From Thermoplasmatota archaeon (GTDB taxonomy: Archaea; Thermoplasmatota; SW-10-69-26; JACQPN01; JAJPHT01): a DNA stretch of 63,290 nucleotides. The position numbers and the translations under genes were made by a program. The notes below the pieces were generated by a model. It did not search any database and was not told the DNA's origin. It worked only from the letters and a program-made list of their open reading frames with translations. The stretch covers positions 1 through 63,290 of the forward strand of contig DATLCC010000109.1 of assembly GCA_035526585.1 (NCBI GenBank). The letters run 5' to 3'. Of the stretch, positions 24,693 to 34,708 are shown piece after piece (position 1 is the stretch's first letter; every line of letters begins with the position of its first letter).

Positions 24693-25573
24693 CGCACGAG
24701 CGCCGCGGCATTGTCCCAAAGGATGCGGCCCTTCGCGGCGTCCGAGAGACCTGGCGTGGCAAGCAGATCCAACACGTTCTGGCGCATGGAGCGGATGCCC
24801 GGAGAGGGCCAGTCCGTCCCCCACACGATCTTCTCGGGGATCTCCGCCAGCCGCGGCAGCGCATCGAACAGTCGTGTGGGCGGGATGCCCGAGATCTCGA
24901 TGTACACATTGGCGTGACGGCGGGCGAGGAAGAACGCCGTTGGCCCCCACAGGGGACGCCCCGCGTGGGCGACAAGAAGCGGAAGCGAAGGATGGTCGGC
25001 CGCGATGTCGTCGATGAAGAGCGGGTCCGTGAAGGTGTTCTTCGCCCGCGGAAAAATGCTCGTTCCGGTATGGATCGTGACGGGGATGCCGTGCTTCTCT
25101 GCGACCTCGTAGAGGGGACGATAGCACGCGTCGTTGGGGTACAGAAGCTGGTGCGCGGGATGCACCTTGAACATCTGGATCCCAAGCTTGACGAGGCGCT
25201 CGGCTTCCGCTCCCACGTTCGCGACCGTGCGCGGATGGACGCTCCCCATCGGCACGAGGCGCGGACGCCCGCGGCAATACGCCGCGACCCAGTCGTTCAC
25301 GTCGGGGCCGAACCCCATGACATGCGGGGAAACGTAGTTGACGCACACAGCACGGTCGACCCCTTCGCCGGCGAGATAGCGTTCGAAAGCTCCGGGGTCG
25401 GATTGCAGCGCGACGAGCTCGTCGACGTCGGAGCGCCCGCGCACCATCACGGGGTAGACCTCCGGGCGCAGCATCCGCCAGGGCTGCATGTGCACGTGGG
25501 CATCGAAGACGCGGTACCCTTCGATCAACGCGGGCCGCGATCGCGGGGCGCGCGGAAAGCGCTTGCGAGCCAC
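24689..25573 (-). CDS. amidohydrolase-2 family metal-dependent hydrolase
   Basis: Has FDAHVHM, VHPAH, IHTG, VAHAG and WGTDWP. Start is GTG 25573 or TTG 25528. Its stop shares the tetranucleotide CTAG with the pyrG stop. Confidence 0.8.
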   Translation of the reverse strand: MARKRFPRAPRSRPALIEGYRVFDAHVHMQPWRMLRPEVYPVMVRGRSDVDELVALQSDPGAFERYLAGEGVDRAVCVNYVSPHVMGFGPDVNDWVAAYCRGRPRLVPMGSVHPRTVANVGAEAERLVKLGIQMFKVHPAHQLLYPNDACYRPLYEVAEKHGIPVTIHTGTSIFPRAKNTFTDPLFIDDIAADHPSLPLLVAHAGRPLWGPTAFFLARRHANVYIEISGIPPTRLFDALPRLAEIPEKIVWGTDWPSPGIRSMRQNVLDLLATPGLSDAAKGRILWDNAAALVR

Positions 25574-25656
25574 GCGTCTCCCCGTCTGGCACCCACCTGG
25601 GGGCCAGGTGGCGCCTACCTGGCCCCACCGAGGGGCCCCGCGGGGAGACGCCTGGC
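25569..25656. repeat. CACGTG-unit repeat, copy H, with 15-bp inverted termini
   Basis: Left end GCCACGCGTCTCCCC (25569-25583) and right end GGGGAGACGCCTGGC (25642-25656) match 14/15 as an inverted repeat. CACCTGG/CAGGTGG units lie between them. Confidence 0.8.
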
Positions 25657-25700
25657 GGGGGGTGTTGCGCGCCGTCGCTTCCTTCGATACGTTCATCTCG

Positions 25701-26375
25701 GTGGCGCGGCTCGCCGATCCCGACGTGGATCCTTCGACCTTCGCGGCAGTCCTCGTGAGCATCTTCGCGATCGTGAACCCCGTGGGCACGATCCCTACGT
25801 TCGTCGCCCTTACGGCAGGCTATTCGTCGCGCGAGCGACGTCACGTCATCACGAAGGCCGTCCTCGTCGGTGCAGGCGTGCTGCTTCTTTTCGGGCTCGC
25901 GGGCGAACGCATCTTCAGCATCTTCAGCATCACGATCCCGGCGTTCCGCATCGCGGGGGGGATCTTGATCTTCAAGGTCGCGTTCGACATGCTCCACGGC
26001 CAACGCCCCGGTTCCGACTCCAACGAGCAAGAGATCACGGATGCGTTGGAGCGCGAGAACGTAGGCATCACGCCGCTTGGTGTTCCCTTGCTTACGGGAC
26101 CCGGCGCGATCACGACCGTCATGATCCTTGTGGCGACGACGGACGCGGCGGGCGACCGGCTCCTCATCTACGGGGCCGTCGCGCTCGTCTTCGCGGCGAG
26201 CTTCGTCCTCCTGTTCGTGGGCGAACGTCTCTTCGGGTTCATGGGACGCAGCGGCCTCATGGTGTTCACGCGGATCATGGGCCTGATCCTCGCCGCCCTC
26301 GCTGTACAATTCGTCGTAACGGGCATCTCGCAAGCGTTGCCAGGTCTCGCTGGTCTGGCTGCGGCTGGCGCGTGA
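25701..26375 (+). CDS. MarC/UPF0056 family membrane protein
   Basis: Multi-TM protein with IFAIVNPVGTIPTF and PLGVPLLTGPGAITT. Start is GTG 25701 or 25725. Confidence 0.8.
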   Translation: MARLADPDVDPSTFAAVLVSIFAIVNPVGTIPTFVALTAGYSSRERRHVITKAVLVGAGVLLLFGLAGERIFSIFSITIPAFRIAGGILIFKVAFDMLHGQRPGSDSNEQEITDALERENVGITPLGVPLLTGPGAITTVMILVATTDAAGDRLLIYGAVALVFAASFVLLFVGERLFGFMGRSGLMVFTRIMGLILAALAVQFVVTGISQALPGLAGLAAAGA

Positions 26376-26881
26376 GCTTCAAGCATCGAGGCAGGGCTGG
26401 CCGCGCCGTGACGCCCTTCATCGAGAAGACGAACCGCTTCGACGTTCCCCCGGAGTACTGTCTGGCGTGGTGCAACGATTTTCGTCCGGAGGATGACCAG
26501 AACCTGACGGGCGGCCGGGACCTGATCAACGTCACTCGACTTGCGGACGGCCGGATCAAGCGCGAGTTCGTCACCCCCCTTGGCCCGTTCATGACCGTGA
26601 CCACCGTGACGACTCCGCGTTGGGTCTCGGCAGGAGAGCAGTACGACAAGAAGGGGCGCGTCGTCGCGCGATGGGACGTCACCGAATGGGTCGAGCCCGA
26701 TGGAAAGGGTGGCACCATCCATCACGCGGAGATCAGCAAGCCGCGCGATACGACGCTGAAGATGAAGATCATGATCCCGATGATGAGGCCCATGCTCAAG
26801 AAGAACCTCGACAAGCTTTTCGCGAACGCGAAGACCCAGATGGAAGACCTTTACCGCAGCGGGAAGCCCGCGACGGCGTGA
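26372..26881 (+). CDS. hypothetical protein, possibly SRPBCC/START-like fold
   Basis: 169 aa. The GTG overlaps the marC TGA (GTGA); GTG 26408 is an alternative. The fold call is a by-eye impression only. Confidence 0.45.
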   Translation: MSFKHRGRAGRAVTPFIEKTNRFDVPPEYCLAWCNDFRPEDDQNLTGGRDLINVTRLADGRIKREFVTPLGPFMTVTTVTTPRWVSAGEQYDKKGRVVARWDVTEWVEPDGKGGTIHHAEISKPRDTTLKMKIMIPMMRPMLKKNLDKLFANAKTQMEDLYRSGKPATA

Positions 26882-26969
26882 GCCAGGCGTCGTGTCGCCT
26901 ATCACCCACCTGGCACCCAGATGGGGCCCACCCGGCCCCACGTGAGAGCCACGCGGGACGACGCGTGGC
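26882..26969. repeat. CACGTG-unit repeat, copy I, with imperfect inverted termini
   Basis: Left end GCCAGGCGTCGTG and right end GACGACGCGTGGC match 11/13 as an inverted repeat. Internal units are CACCCACCTGGC ACCCAGATGGGG CCCACCCGGC CCCACGTGAGAG. Confidence 0.75.
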
Positions 26970-27033
26970 CGATGCACGTGCGCCACGTCCTCGCGGCAAA
27001 CTTCAAGTCCCCCTCCCCCTCGTCCCCCGCGAG

Positions 27034-28002
27034 ATGCGCGCGCTCGTCGCCTTGGTGCTCGTCATCGCGTTGACTGGCTGCATCAAGCCCGCCCCGCCCG
27101 ATGAGGCAGATGCGCACCGCGGCCCCCTCGCGCCCCCAAGCGCTGGCGCGGTCGCTCCTGGAGGGCCGCAGACCGGCGCGCTCTCGGTCGTTGCGCTATT
27201 CGCGGACCGCACGCCCCTTGCCGGTGTGAACGTCACGGTCGCGAACGATAGCCAGCTCACGGACGCGACAGGCCTCGCACGCTTCCCCGCGCTCGCTGCG
27301 GGAACGTACACCCTCCTCGCGACGAAGACCGCGCACCGAGCGGCGCAGCAAGAGATCGCGATCGTCGCCGGGCAGGAGAGCCACGCGGAGGTCGTGCTCG
27401 CCGCCGAGGACGGCGGCCAGCACGCGCACAAGCTGGGTTTCGCGTCGCACACGGACGTGTATGCGTTCCAAGGCCATTTCGACTGCAGCGCCACCTACGT
27501 CATCATCCCTGGCGACTGCCTGATCCTCGTCGAGAACGCCACGAACCAGGCCGGGCTCCCCGATCCCGTGTCGAACGCGACGAGCGAGCGCAACGTCATC
27601 GACTTCCCGCTCGACGTGAACTGGAGCGCGCTCGTCGTCGAGATGACATGGGACGCATCCACCGCTCCCGCGTCGGACGGCATGACGCTGGCCCTTGAGC
27701 CGGCCGAAGCGCCCGTCGACGGTCACAGCGCGAAATACGCGCGCGTCGATGGCTCCTCGCCACTGCGCATCGACCTTGCTCCGGGCGTGCAGCATCCGAG
27801 CGCGACGGAGAAGGACATGCCGAATGCTGCCGGCGGCGAGGTCATCCGAGCGCGTGCGTTCGTCCGCGGCTTCGGCCACCACCCTGCCGGGACGGATTTC
27901 CTTGGCGTCGGCGTCGCCAAGGACTTCGACTTCACGCTGTACGTGAGCGTGTTCTACGGCGAGCCAGCGCCCGAGGGCTACTCGGCGATCCATGCCCGCT
28001 GA
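27034..28002 (+). CDS. lipoprotein with carboxypeptidase-regulatory-like domain
   Basis: 322 aa from ATG 27034 with lipobox LTGC and VTVANDSQLTDATGLARFPALAAGTYTLLA. Confidence 0.65.
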   Translation: MRALVALVLVIALTGCIKPAPPDEADAHRGPLAPPSAGAVAPGGPQTGALSVVALFADRTPLAGVNVTVANDSQLTDATGLARFPALAAGTYTLLATKTAHRAAQQEIAIVAGQESHAEVVLAAEDGGQHAHKLGFASHTDVYAFQGHFDCSATYVIIPGDCLILVENATNQAGLPDPVSNATSERNVIDFPLDVNWSALVVEMTWDASTAPASDGMTLALEPAEAPVDGHSAKYARVDGSSPLRIDLAPGVQHPSATEKDMPNAAGGEVIRARAFVRGFGHHPAGTDFLGVGVAKDFDFTLYVSVFYGEPAPEGYSAIHAR

Positions 28003-28093
28003 GCCACGACGCCAACGGCTCCACTGGAACCCGCGCTTCGCTCGTGGGATACACCTAAATACGGAGCCCCTTCATGGGCGCAGGGTCCCCCGG

Positions 28094-29236
28094 ATGAAGG
28101 CGCGCTTGGTCCTCGAAGACGGCACGGTCGTCGAAGGCGCGGGCTTTGGCGCGAAGGCCACGCGCTTTGGCGAGCTCGTGTTCAACACGGGCATGACGGG
28201 CTATCAGGAGGCGCTCACGGATCCGAGCTATCACGGCCAGATCCTGATGCTCACGTACCCGCTCATCGGCAACTACGGCATCGATCCGAAGGCCAACGAG
28301 AGCGAGAAGATCTGGACCTGGGGCCTCGTCGTGCGGGAGTGGTCGCGCCATCCGTCCCACCGCTCGTCCACCAAGAACGTCAGCCAGTTCCTCGAGGAGC
28401 ACGGGATCCCCGGCATCGAGGGCGTGGACACGCGCGCGCTCACCATCAAGACGCGCAGCCGCGGCGTCCTACGCGCGTGCCTCACCACCGAAGACGACCT
28501 CAGTACCGAGGAGATCTTCCACCGCGTGCAACGCATGCCGTTCCCCGACAAGGAGAACCTCGTGCACGACGTCTCGGTCAAGGAGACCTTGAGGCTGTCG
28601 GGCCGCGGCGAAGGCACGGTCGCGCTCATCGACACGGGCGTGAAGGAGAACATCGTACGCAACCTGCGCGCACGCTTCGGCACGGTCGTCAAGGTGCCGT
28701 GGAACGCGACGAGCGCGGACGTCGAGGCGCTGCGCCCAGACGGCATCTTCATGTCGAACGGCCCGGGCGACCCGGCGCACCCCGACATCCTGCGCCACAC
28801 GGTGCCGATGCTGCGCGACGTGATGGAGAAGTATCCCACGCAAGGCATCTGCCTCGGCCACCAGCTCCTCGCGCTCGCGTATGGCCTCAAGACGTACAAG
28901 CTGAAGTTCGGCCACCGCGGCGCGAACCAGCCCGTGAAGAACCTCGAGACCGGGCGCGTCTACATCACAAGCCAGAACCACGGCTTCGCGGTCGATCCCG
29001 CGTCGTGCCCGGACGACGTCGTCATCACCGAGGTGAACGCGAACGATGGCACGGTCGAAGGGCTGCGCCACCGGAAGCTCCCCGTGCTGAGCTCGCAGTA
29101 CCACCCCGAGGCATGCCCCGGTCCGCGCGACACGGAGTTCCTCTTCGACCGCTACAAGCTTTGGCTCGACCGCGGCGGCAAGGGGACGCCGACGGAGTCC
29201 GCGGACGCCGGATTCCGCGCCGTCAAGATCGCGTGA
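28094..29236 (+). CDS. carA: carbamoyl-phosphate synthase small subunit
   Basis: 380 aa from ATG 28094 with GATase site GICLGHQLLA and the typical N-domain. Confidence 0.95.
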   Translation: MKARLVLEDGTVVEGAGFGAKATRFGELVFNTGMTGYQEALTDPSYHGQILMLTYPLIGNYGIDPKANESEKIWTWGLVVREWSRHPSHRSSTKNVSQFLEEHGIPGIEGVDTRALTIKTRSRGVLRACLTTEDDLSTEEIFHRVQRMPFPDKENLVHDVSVKETLRLSGRGEGTVALIDTGVKENIVRNLRARFGTVVKVPWNATSADVEALRPDGIFMSNGPGDPAHPDILRHTVPMLRDVMEKYPTQGICLGHQLLALAYGLKTYKLKFGHRGANQPVKNLETGRVYITSQNHGFAVDPASCPDDVVITEVNANDGTVEGLRHRKLPVLSSQYHPEACPGPRDTEFLFDRYKLWLDRGGKGTPTESADAGFRAVKIA

Positions 29237-29290
29237 GCGACGCTGCGGGGCGCCATCCGGCCATCAGACCTTGCCAACACGCGCCCCCCC

Positions 29291-29370
29291 GCCTGGCACC
29301 CACGTGGATCCACCTGGATCCACCTGGCACCCAATGGAGCCCACGCGGGACGACGCGTGGCGGCGCCTGG
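29291..29370 (+). repeat. CACGTG-unit intergenic repeat, copy J
   Basis: GCCTGGC ACCCACGTGGAT CCACCTGGAT CCACCTGGC ACCCAATGGAG CCCACGCGG GACGACGCGTGGC. Confidence 0.8.
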
Positions 29371-29393
29371 AGACCGCGCCCACTCGCCCCGGC

Positions 29394-31148
29394 TCACCTC
29401 ACGAACCGCGTCCGGAACGTCCACACGCCGACAAAGAAGGCGAGTCCGAGCGTCAGAGGCGCGAGCGAGAGGCCGGGGGGCACGGCGCGCGCCTGGACCG
29501 CGACGCTAAGGACGCTTGGCATGTACACGAAGCTGTCCATCGGCATCGGGCCGCCCTGCTGCGTCATGCTGGACGTGTACGCGAACCCCTCGGCGAGCAC
29601 GTAAGGGACGATGTTGTACGTGCCGCTGGACCGGCCGACGACCTGGATCGTCGCGTTCACGGTGCCTCCCGGGCGCAGCGTGCCCAAACTCGACGTGGGC
29701 GTGCTGGAGAGGACGAGGGTGTCGGCGAAGCCTGGTCGGTAGCGGGAGCCTGATGTCGTCGACGGGTCGCGATAGTAGTTCGAGCCAGCGGAGATGCGTA
29801 GCTGCGCGTCCTGCAGCGTGTCCGTGGACTCGAGAACGACGCCTACTTCGACGGGCTCGCCGATGCGCGCGAAGATCTGGTCCGTCCGGTCGAAGCCGAT
29901 GCGAAGCGGTCCCTTCACCTCGAACGAGGCGCCGCCGCCCATGCCGAATCCCTGCGCGGCCTGCCACAGCGTGGACGCTTGCCAGGCGCCCGTGACGCGC
30001 GGGGTGAACTCGATCGCGCCGCTCGTGCGCTCGCCGGGCCCGAGAGCGACGTGCACCTGATGCGTCTCTGGCCCTTGGACCTCGTAGAAGAGACCGCTTG
30101 GCGTCATGAGGGTGATCGTGAGCGTGCCTTGCGCGGGCGTCGTCTGCAGGTTCGTGAGGTTGTACTTCAGTCGGGTCGGCGCTCCGAGCTGCGGGTCGCG
30201 TGGCGCGAAGATGTCCACCGCCAAGCCGTCCTGGATGTCGATCGTCGCGAACGTCGGCGACGCGTCGACGACCGCGCCTCGGTCCAGGCGGAAATGCATC
30301 GCGCCGGCTGTGATCGGCGCGCCGCCCACGGTGAGCTCCGCGTTGGGGCGCAGCTCCTGCCTGCCCATCGGCCCGCCGAAGAAGGGGCCTCCGAAGCTCG
30401 CCTCGAGCGGCGTGAACTCGGGGAACTCGGCGACGAACGTGTCGCCGGGCTCCAACGAGGGAACGTCGACCGACGGCGAGGTAGGGCCCGTCTGCATCGT
30501 GAGGCGGAATCCGGCGGTCGTCGTCTCGAACGGGTTCGCGAGCTCGACGCGGGGCGCGATCGACTCGCCCGGCCGCACGCGCGCGTACGCGTCGATGCCC
30601 ATCCGCGGGCCGGTGAAGACGTCCACCTGCTCGAACTCCTCGTCCTCGCTCGTCTCGGGCTCCTCGGGGGGATCGAGGAAGCGCATGCTCGGGAGCGCGA
30701 GCGCGGGCGCGTCGAACACGGCGCGCAGCGGTTCGCCCCCCGTCTGGAACGCGTCGACCGCGCCTGCGACGATGCTCACCATGCCCGCGTCGTCGGGGTG
30801 AACGACGAACGTGCGTCCAACGTAGCCGTAGGGCTCGGCGCTCAACGTGATATCCTCCGAAGAGAACGTCGCGCCCGTGACGTTGAGGTGGAACGTCGCG
30901 TTCATCGGCACGTCGGCGTCGTTGCGGAGCGTGAGGTTCAGGACGTTGTCCTGTCCGAGGACGAGCCACGGGTTCTGGAAGGGCGCGTAGTCCTTGTCCT
31001 TGCTCTCGATGCGGATCTCGGCGAACGGTCCGCCAAAGCCGACCTTCACGCCAGGCTCGGTCATCATGGGCGGGCGGACCGCCATCTGCGCGACCGCCGC
31101 GGGCGCGAGCAGGAGCGCCGCAAGGAGCGAGATGGTCGCGCGCCTCAT
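29394..31148 (-). CDS. large secreted/anchored hypothetical protein (ABC-2 module 1)
   Basis: 584 aa from ATG 31148 (ATGA overlap with the permease stop). Has a signal peptide and a C-terminal PPGL-hydrophobic-RTRFVR anchor. No family recognised. Confidence 0.7.
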   Translation of the reverse strand: MRRATISLLAALLLAPAAVAQMAVRPPMMTEPGVKVGFGGPFAEIRIESKDKDYAPFQNPWLVLGQDNVLNLTLRNDADVPMNATFHLNVTGATFSSEDITLSAEPYGYVGRTFVVHPDDAGMVSIVAGAVDAFQTGGEPLRAVFDAPALALPSMRFLDPPEEPETSEDEEFEQVDVFTGPRMGIDAYARVRPGESIAPRVELANPFETTTAGFRLTMQTGPTSPSVDVPSLEPGDTFVAEFPEFTPLEASFGGPFFGGPMGRQELRPNAELTVGGAPITAGAMHFRLDRGAVVDASPTFATIDIQDGLAVDIFAPRDPQLGAPTRLKYNLTNLQTTPAQGTLTITLMTPSGLFYEVQGPETHQVHVALGPGERTSGAIEFTPRVTGAWQASTLWQAAQGFGMGGGASFEVKGPLRIGFDRTDQIFARIGEPVEVGVVLESTDTLQDAQLRISAGSNYYRDPSTTSGSRYRPGFADTLVLSSTPTSSLGTLRPGGTVNATIQVVGRSSGTYNIVPYVLAEGFAYTSSMTQQGGPMPMDSFVYMPSVLSVAVQARAVPPGLSLAPLTLGLAFFVGVWTFRTRFVR

Positions 31149-31933
31149 GCCGCGGCCTCCTGGCGGGCGAAGACGACGAAGGCCAACGCGCAGAAGAGGA
31201 GCGCGGCCGCGACGGTGAACGCGATCGGCCCCCACGGCATCTGGCCCCCTTGGATCGCGACGCGGGCGGCCTGGTGCGATGCTTCGAAGGGCGTGTAGGC
31301 CGCGACGCCGCGCAAGCCTGGATAACGCTGGTAGAGGAGCTGGAGCGGGCCATCCGTCATGAGGAAGAAGAGCGGCAGGAAGATGCCTGACGCGGTGCCG
31401 ATCGCGACCTTGCTCGACGAGGAGACGACGCCAAGCAGGAGGCCGAGGCCCAATAGGAAGAGGTAGAGGATGAGGAACGGACCTGCGTAGAGCAGGGCGA
31501 GCATCTGGAATGCGGGGAAGCCCATGGCCAGGGCGAGGATGGTGGCAGGCCCGATCGTGACGACGAACGAGGCGAGGTAGACGACGATCCCCGCAAGCAG
31601 CTTCGCGAGCACGATGTGCCAGCGCACGATCGGCTTCGCTGCGACGAGAGCGAGCATCCCCGCTTCGCGCTCCTTCGTGATGCCGTCGGTAAGGACGAAG
31701 AGCGCGAGGACGGCGAAGCCGATGCCGTAGAAGTAGAAGGCAGGCTCCACGAGGGAAACGATGCTCTGGGGGTTCTGCGGGCCGTAGAAGCCCCCGCTCG
31801 AACGCTCCATGCTTCCAAGGTAGAAGAAGAGGAAGACCATCCAGAAGGCGAGGAAGGTGAGCGCCCACGCGCCGAAGCGCTTCTCGCGGACGAGATCGCC
31901 AAGCTCCTTGCGCGCGATGGCGACAAGGCTCAC
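31145..31933 (-). CDS. ABC-2 type transporter permease
   Basis: 262 aa with about 6 TM helices. Its start overlaps the ATPase stop. Confidence 0.8.
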   Translation of the reverse strand: MSLVAIARKELGDLVREKRFGAWALTFLAFWMVFLFFYLGSMERSSGGFYGPQNPQSIVSLVEPAFYFYGIGFAVLALFVLTDGITKEREAGMLALVAAKPIVRWHIVLAKLLAGIVVYLASFVVTIGPATILALAMGFPAFQMLALLYAGPFLILYLFLLGLGLLLGVVSSSSKVAIGTASGIFLPLFFLMTDGPLQLLYQRYPGLRGVAAYTPFEASHQAARVAIQGGQMPWGPIAFTVAAALLFCALAFVVFARQEAAA

Positions 31934-32868
31934 GCGCCCACCTCCATCGGGGCGGGCGCTTCCTCGCCCGTCTCGATGTATTCCGCGTAGAGCTGGTCGA
32001 GCGAAGGCTCCTTGTCCTCCAGGAAGAGGAGCGTCGCGCCCGCTCGCCGCACGGCGCGGGCGAGCTCGCGTCGGTCCATCTCCGCGGCGCCCCGCACGCG
32101 CAGCCGGCCGTCGACGGCTTCGACGCCGCCCACGTGCGCGAGGGCGCGCACGGCGTCCGCCGCGGCGCCGAGGTCGCCCTCGACCTCCATCTCGACGAGG
32201 CGCCCCTCGAGCCCGGCGCCCACAGAGCGCACCTGGACGAGCTTTCCCTTGCGGATGAAGCCGATCTTGTGCGCGACGGCTCGCACCTCGCCGAGGTCGT
32301 GGCTGCAGAGGAACACCGTCGCGCCCGACGAGGCAAGCTCCTGGATGAGCGTGCGGATGCCGCGACGCCCCGTGGGATCGAGGCCGCTTGCGGGCTCGTC
32401 GAGGAAGACGACCTCAGGCTCGTGGAGGATGGCGCGCGCGATCCCCAGCCGCTGCACCATGCCCTTGCTGAACGCGCCGCTTCGCCTGTGCTCGACGTCG
32501 ACGAGGCCCACGCGTCGCAGCGACGCCTCGATACGCTCCTCGAGGCCTGCCTCCGGCACGCCGTGGAGACGCGCGAAGTAGCGCAGGTCCTCGCGCGCGG
32601 TGAGCGGCTTGTAGACCGGGACCTTCTCGGGGAGATAACCAATGCGGCGACGCACCTCGGGCGCCTCGCGGACGATATCGAAGCCGCACACGCGCGCCGT
32701 GCCGGCGGTGGGGCGAATCAGGGTGCAGAGGAGCTTCGTCGCGGTGCTCTTCCCGGCGCCGTTCGGGCCGAGGCAACCGAACACCTCGCCCTTCCCGATG
32801 GACAACGTGAAGCCCTCGAGCGCGGTGAAGGTCCCGAAGCGCTTCGAGAGCCCCTCAGCTTCGATCAT
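31930..32868 (-). CDS. ABC transporter ATP-binding protein
   Basis: 312 aa from ATG 32868. Walker A GPNGAGKST, signature SKGMVQRL, Walker B VVFLDEP. Confidence 0.9.
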   Translation of the reverse strand: MIEAEGLSKRFGTFTALEGFTLSIGKGEVFGCLGPNGAGKSTATKLLCTLIRPTAGTARVCGFDIVREAPEVRRRIGYLPEKVPVYKPLTAREDLRYFARLHGVPEAGLEERIEASLRRVGLVDVEHRRSGAFSKGMVQRLGIARAILHEPEVVFLDEPASGLDPTGRRGIRTLIQELASSGATVFLCSHDLGEVRAVAHKIGFIRKGKLVQVRSVGAGLEGRLVEMEVEGDLGAAADAVRALAHVGGVEAVDGRLRVRGAAEMDRRELARAVRRAGATLLFLEDKEPSLDQLYAEYIETGEEAPAPMEVGA

Positions 32869-32970
32869 CGCCCACGGATGGCCGAGAGTGAGATAACATT
32901 TTGCCAGATGGCGCTGGACGATCCGCCTCACAGTTCCGAAACCGTCTTCCCTGGGCGCAACTTCTGCCTG

Positions 32971-34704
32971 ATGAGCGTGACGCCCCGCCGTCTTCTTCTC
33001 CTGCTCGCCTTGCTCCTGCTGGCCCTCCCAGCGCCGCAGCCGGCGCTCGCCCAGGCGGAGGGGCCCTTCACGGTGCTCGCGCTCGAGCGCTCGGGCGACC
33101 GGCTCGAAGTGACGCTGCGCTCCGCCACCGATCTGCGCGACGTCGTCGTCCGACTCACCTCGGATGGCGCCGTCGCGGGCCTTCCGGACTGGGAGCGCGC
33201 ACGCTGGCACCGAGGCGACGTCGCGAGCTCCAACTTCACGCTCCTCGAGGACGTCGACGTCGCCGCCATCGCGTACAGCGCGGAGGAGGTCGGGACGGGC
33301 GACATGGTTTCGGGCTCGATCCCGATCGTCGTCCCTGCAGCCGGCTTCGACGAGCCTCTCACGGTCGTCGAGGTCGCGCGTACGCGCGACGCGCTCGTCG
33401 TCGCCCTCCGCGCGACAGAGAACCTGACGGACGTCGTCGTGCGGCTCACCGAGGACGACGCGATCGTCGGGCTGCCGGAGTGGCGCCGCGAGAGCTGGGA
33501 CGAGGACGAGCGCGCCGCGTGGTCGTTCGAGCTTCTGCACGATCTGACACGTGCAGCGCTCGACTGGGAGGCGCTCGACGCGCACGGAGAGCCGCGCTCG
33601 GGCACGCTCGCCGTCGCCGTGCCCGCCGCGCCCACGAGCGATGGGGACGGCACGCGCCTCATGGTCACAACCGCGCTCCTCCAGGGAACGACCGCGACCA
33701 TCACGGTCACGAACTACGGCGACGAGGCGGCGCGCGACCTCGTCGTCTCGATCGAGGACCGGGACGAGCGTCGCATCGCGACGCCGCTCACCGCGCTCGT
33801 CGCGTCGCTCGCGCCAGGCGCCCGTGCGTCGCCGCAGTTCACGCTCCCGGAGAACGTCGTCGACGTGGTGGTCGTGCTGGACCATGCGAACGCGACGACG
33901 CGCACAGCGCTCACCCTGCAGCGGGCAGGCGTCGGCAACGGCACGGACACGGGCGGACCCAACGTCACGCTCTCCACGGACCTTCCCTTCCGCGAGGTGG
34001 ACCTTGGCCGCAGCGCCGACTTCTCCGTGCAGGTGCGCAACAACGGCGCACCCGCGCTCGTGCAGCTGCGCGCCGACGGCCTCCCCCAAGGCTACTCGGC
34101 GCGCTTCTTCGTCGGAGGCTCTGCCGTTCCGTCGCTCTACCTTGACCGCAACCAGACCCGCCAGGCCACGCTCACGGTCACGGTCCCGTCCGCGCGCACC
34201 GAGGTCGACCGCACCGCGGACTTCGCGGTCGTCGCGAGCGTGAACGGCACCGAGACCCAGCGGCTCAAGATGGGGGTCGCGGTGCGCGGCGTCGGCCAAC
34301 TCGAGGTGAGCTCGGCCGAGAGCGAGGCGCCGCTCACCCCCGGCGGTACGGCGACGTTCCAGGTCGTCGTGAAGAACAGCGGCAGCGCGCCCGTGTTCAA
34401 CGTCGAGCTCGACAGCCGGCGCCCCTACGGTTGGACCGTGCGCGTCGAGCCGCGCCGCCTCGATCGTCTCGACCCTGGCGCGACGAGCGCCGTGAGCGTG
34501 GAGGTGCGCGCGCCGGACGTGATCGGCGGCGGACGCTACACGGTGGACGTCGCCGCGAAGGCCGACGACCTCACCTCGCGCTACGTGCCCCTGGCGATGA
34601 GCATCGACGAGCCCAGCGGCGGCGGCGGGTGGGTATGGGGCGTCATGCTCGTGGCCATCGCGGGGATCCTCGGCTTCGCCGCGTGGTGGAAATGGCGCGG
34701 GTGA
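32971..34704 (+). CDS. large anchored surface protein with NEW3/CARDB-like Ig modules (ABC-2 module 2)
   Basis: 577 aa from ATG 32971 with a signal peptide. Has ATFQVVVKNSGSAPVFNVEL...PYGWTVRVEP...GRYTVDVAA and a C-terminal TM anchor. Confidence 0.7.
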   Translation: MSVTPRRLLLLLALLLLALPAPQPALAQAEGPFTVLALERSGDRLEVTLRSATDLRDVVVRLTSDGAVAGLPDWERARWHRGDVASSNFTLLEDVDVAAIAYSAEEVGTGDMVSGSIPIVVPAAGFDEPLTVVEVARTRDALVVALRATENLTDVVVRLTEDDAIVGLPEWRRESWDEDERAAWSFELLHDLTRAALDWEALDAHGEPRSGTLAVAVPAAPTSDGDGTRLMVTTALLQGTTATITVTNYGDEAARDLVVSIEDRDERRIATPLTALVASLAPGARASPQFTLPENVVDVVVVLDHANATTRTALTLQRAGVGNGTDTGGPNVTLSTDLPFREVDLGRSADFSVQVRNNGAPALVQLRADGLPQGYSARFFVGGSAVPSLYLDRNQTRQATLTVTVPSARTEVDRTADFAVVASVNGTETQRLKMGVAVRGVGQLEVSSAESEAPLTPGGTATFQVVVKNSGSAPVFNVELDSRRPYGWTVRVEPRRLDRLDPGATSAVSVEVRAPDVIGGGRYTVDVAAKADDLTSRYVPLAMSIDEPSGGGGWVWGVMLVAIAGILGFAAWWKWRG

Positions 34705-34708
34705 TCGC

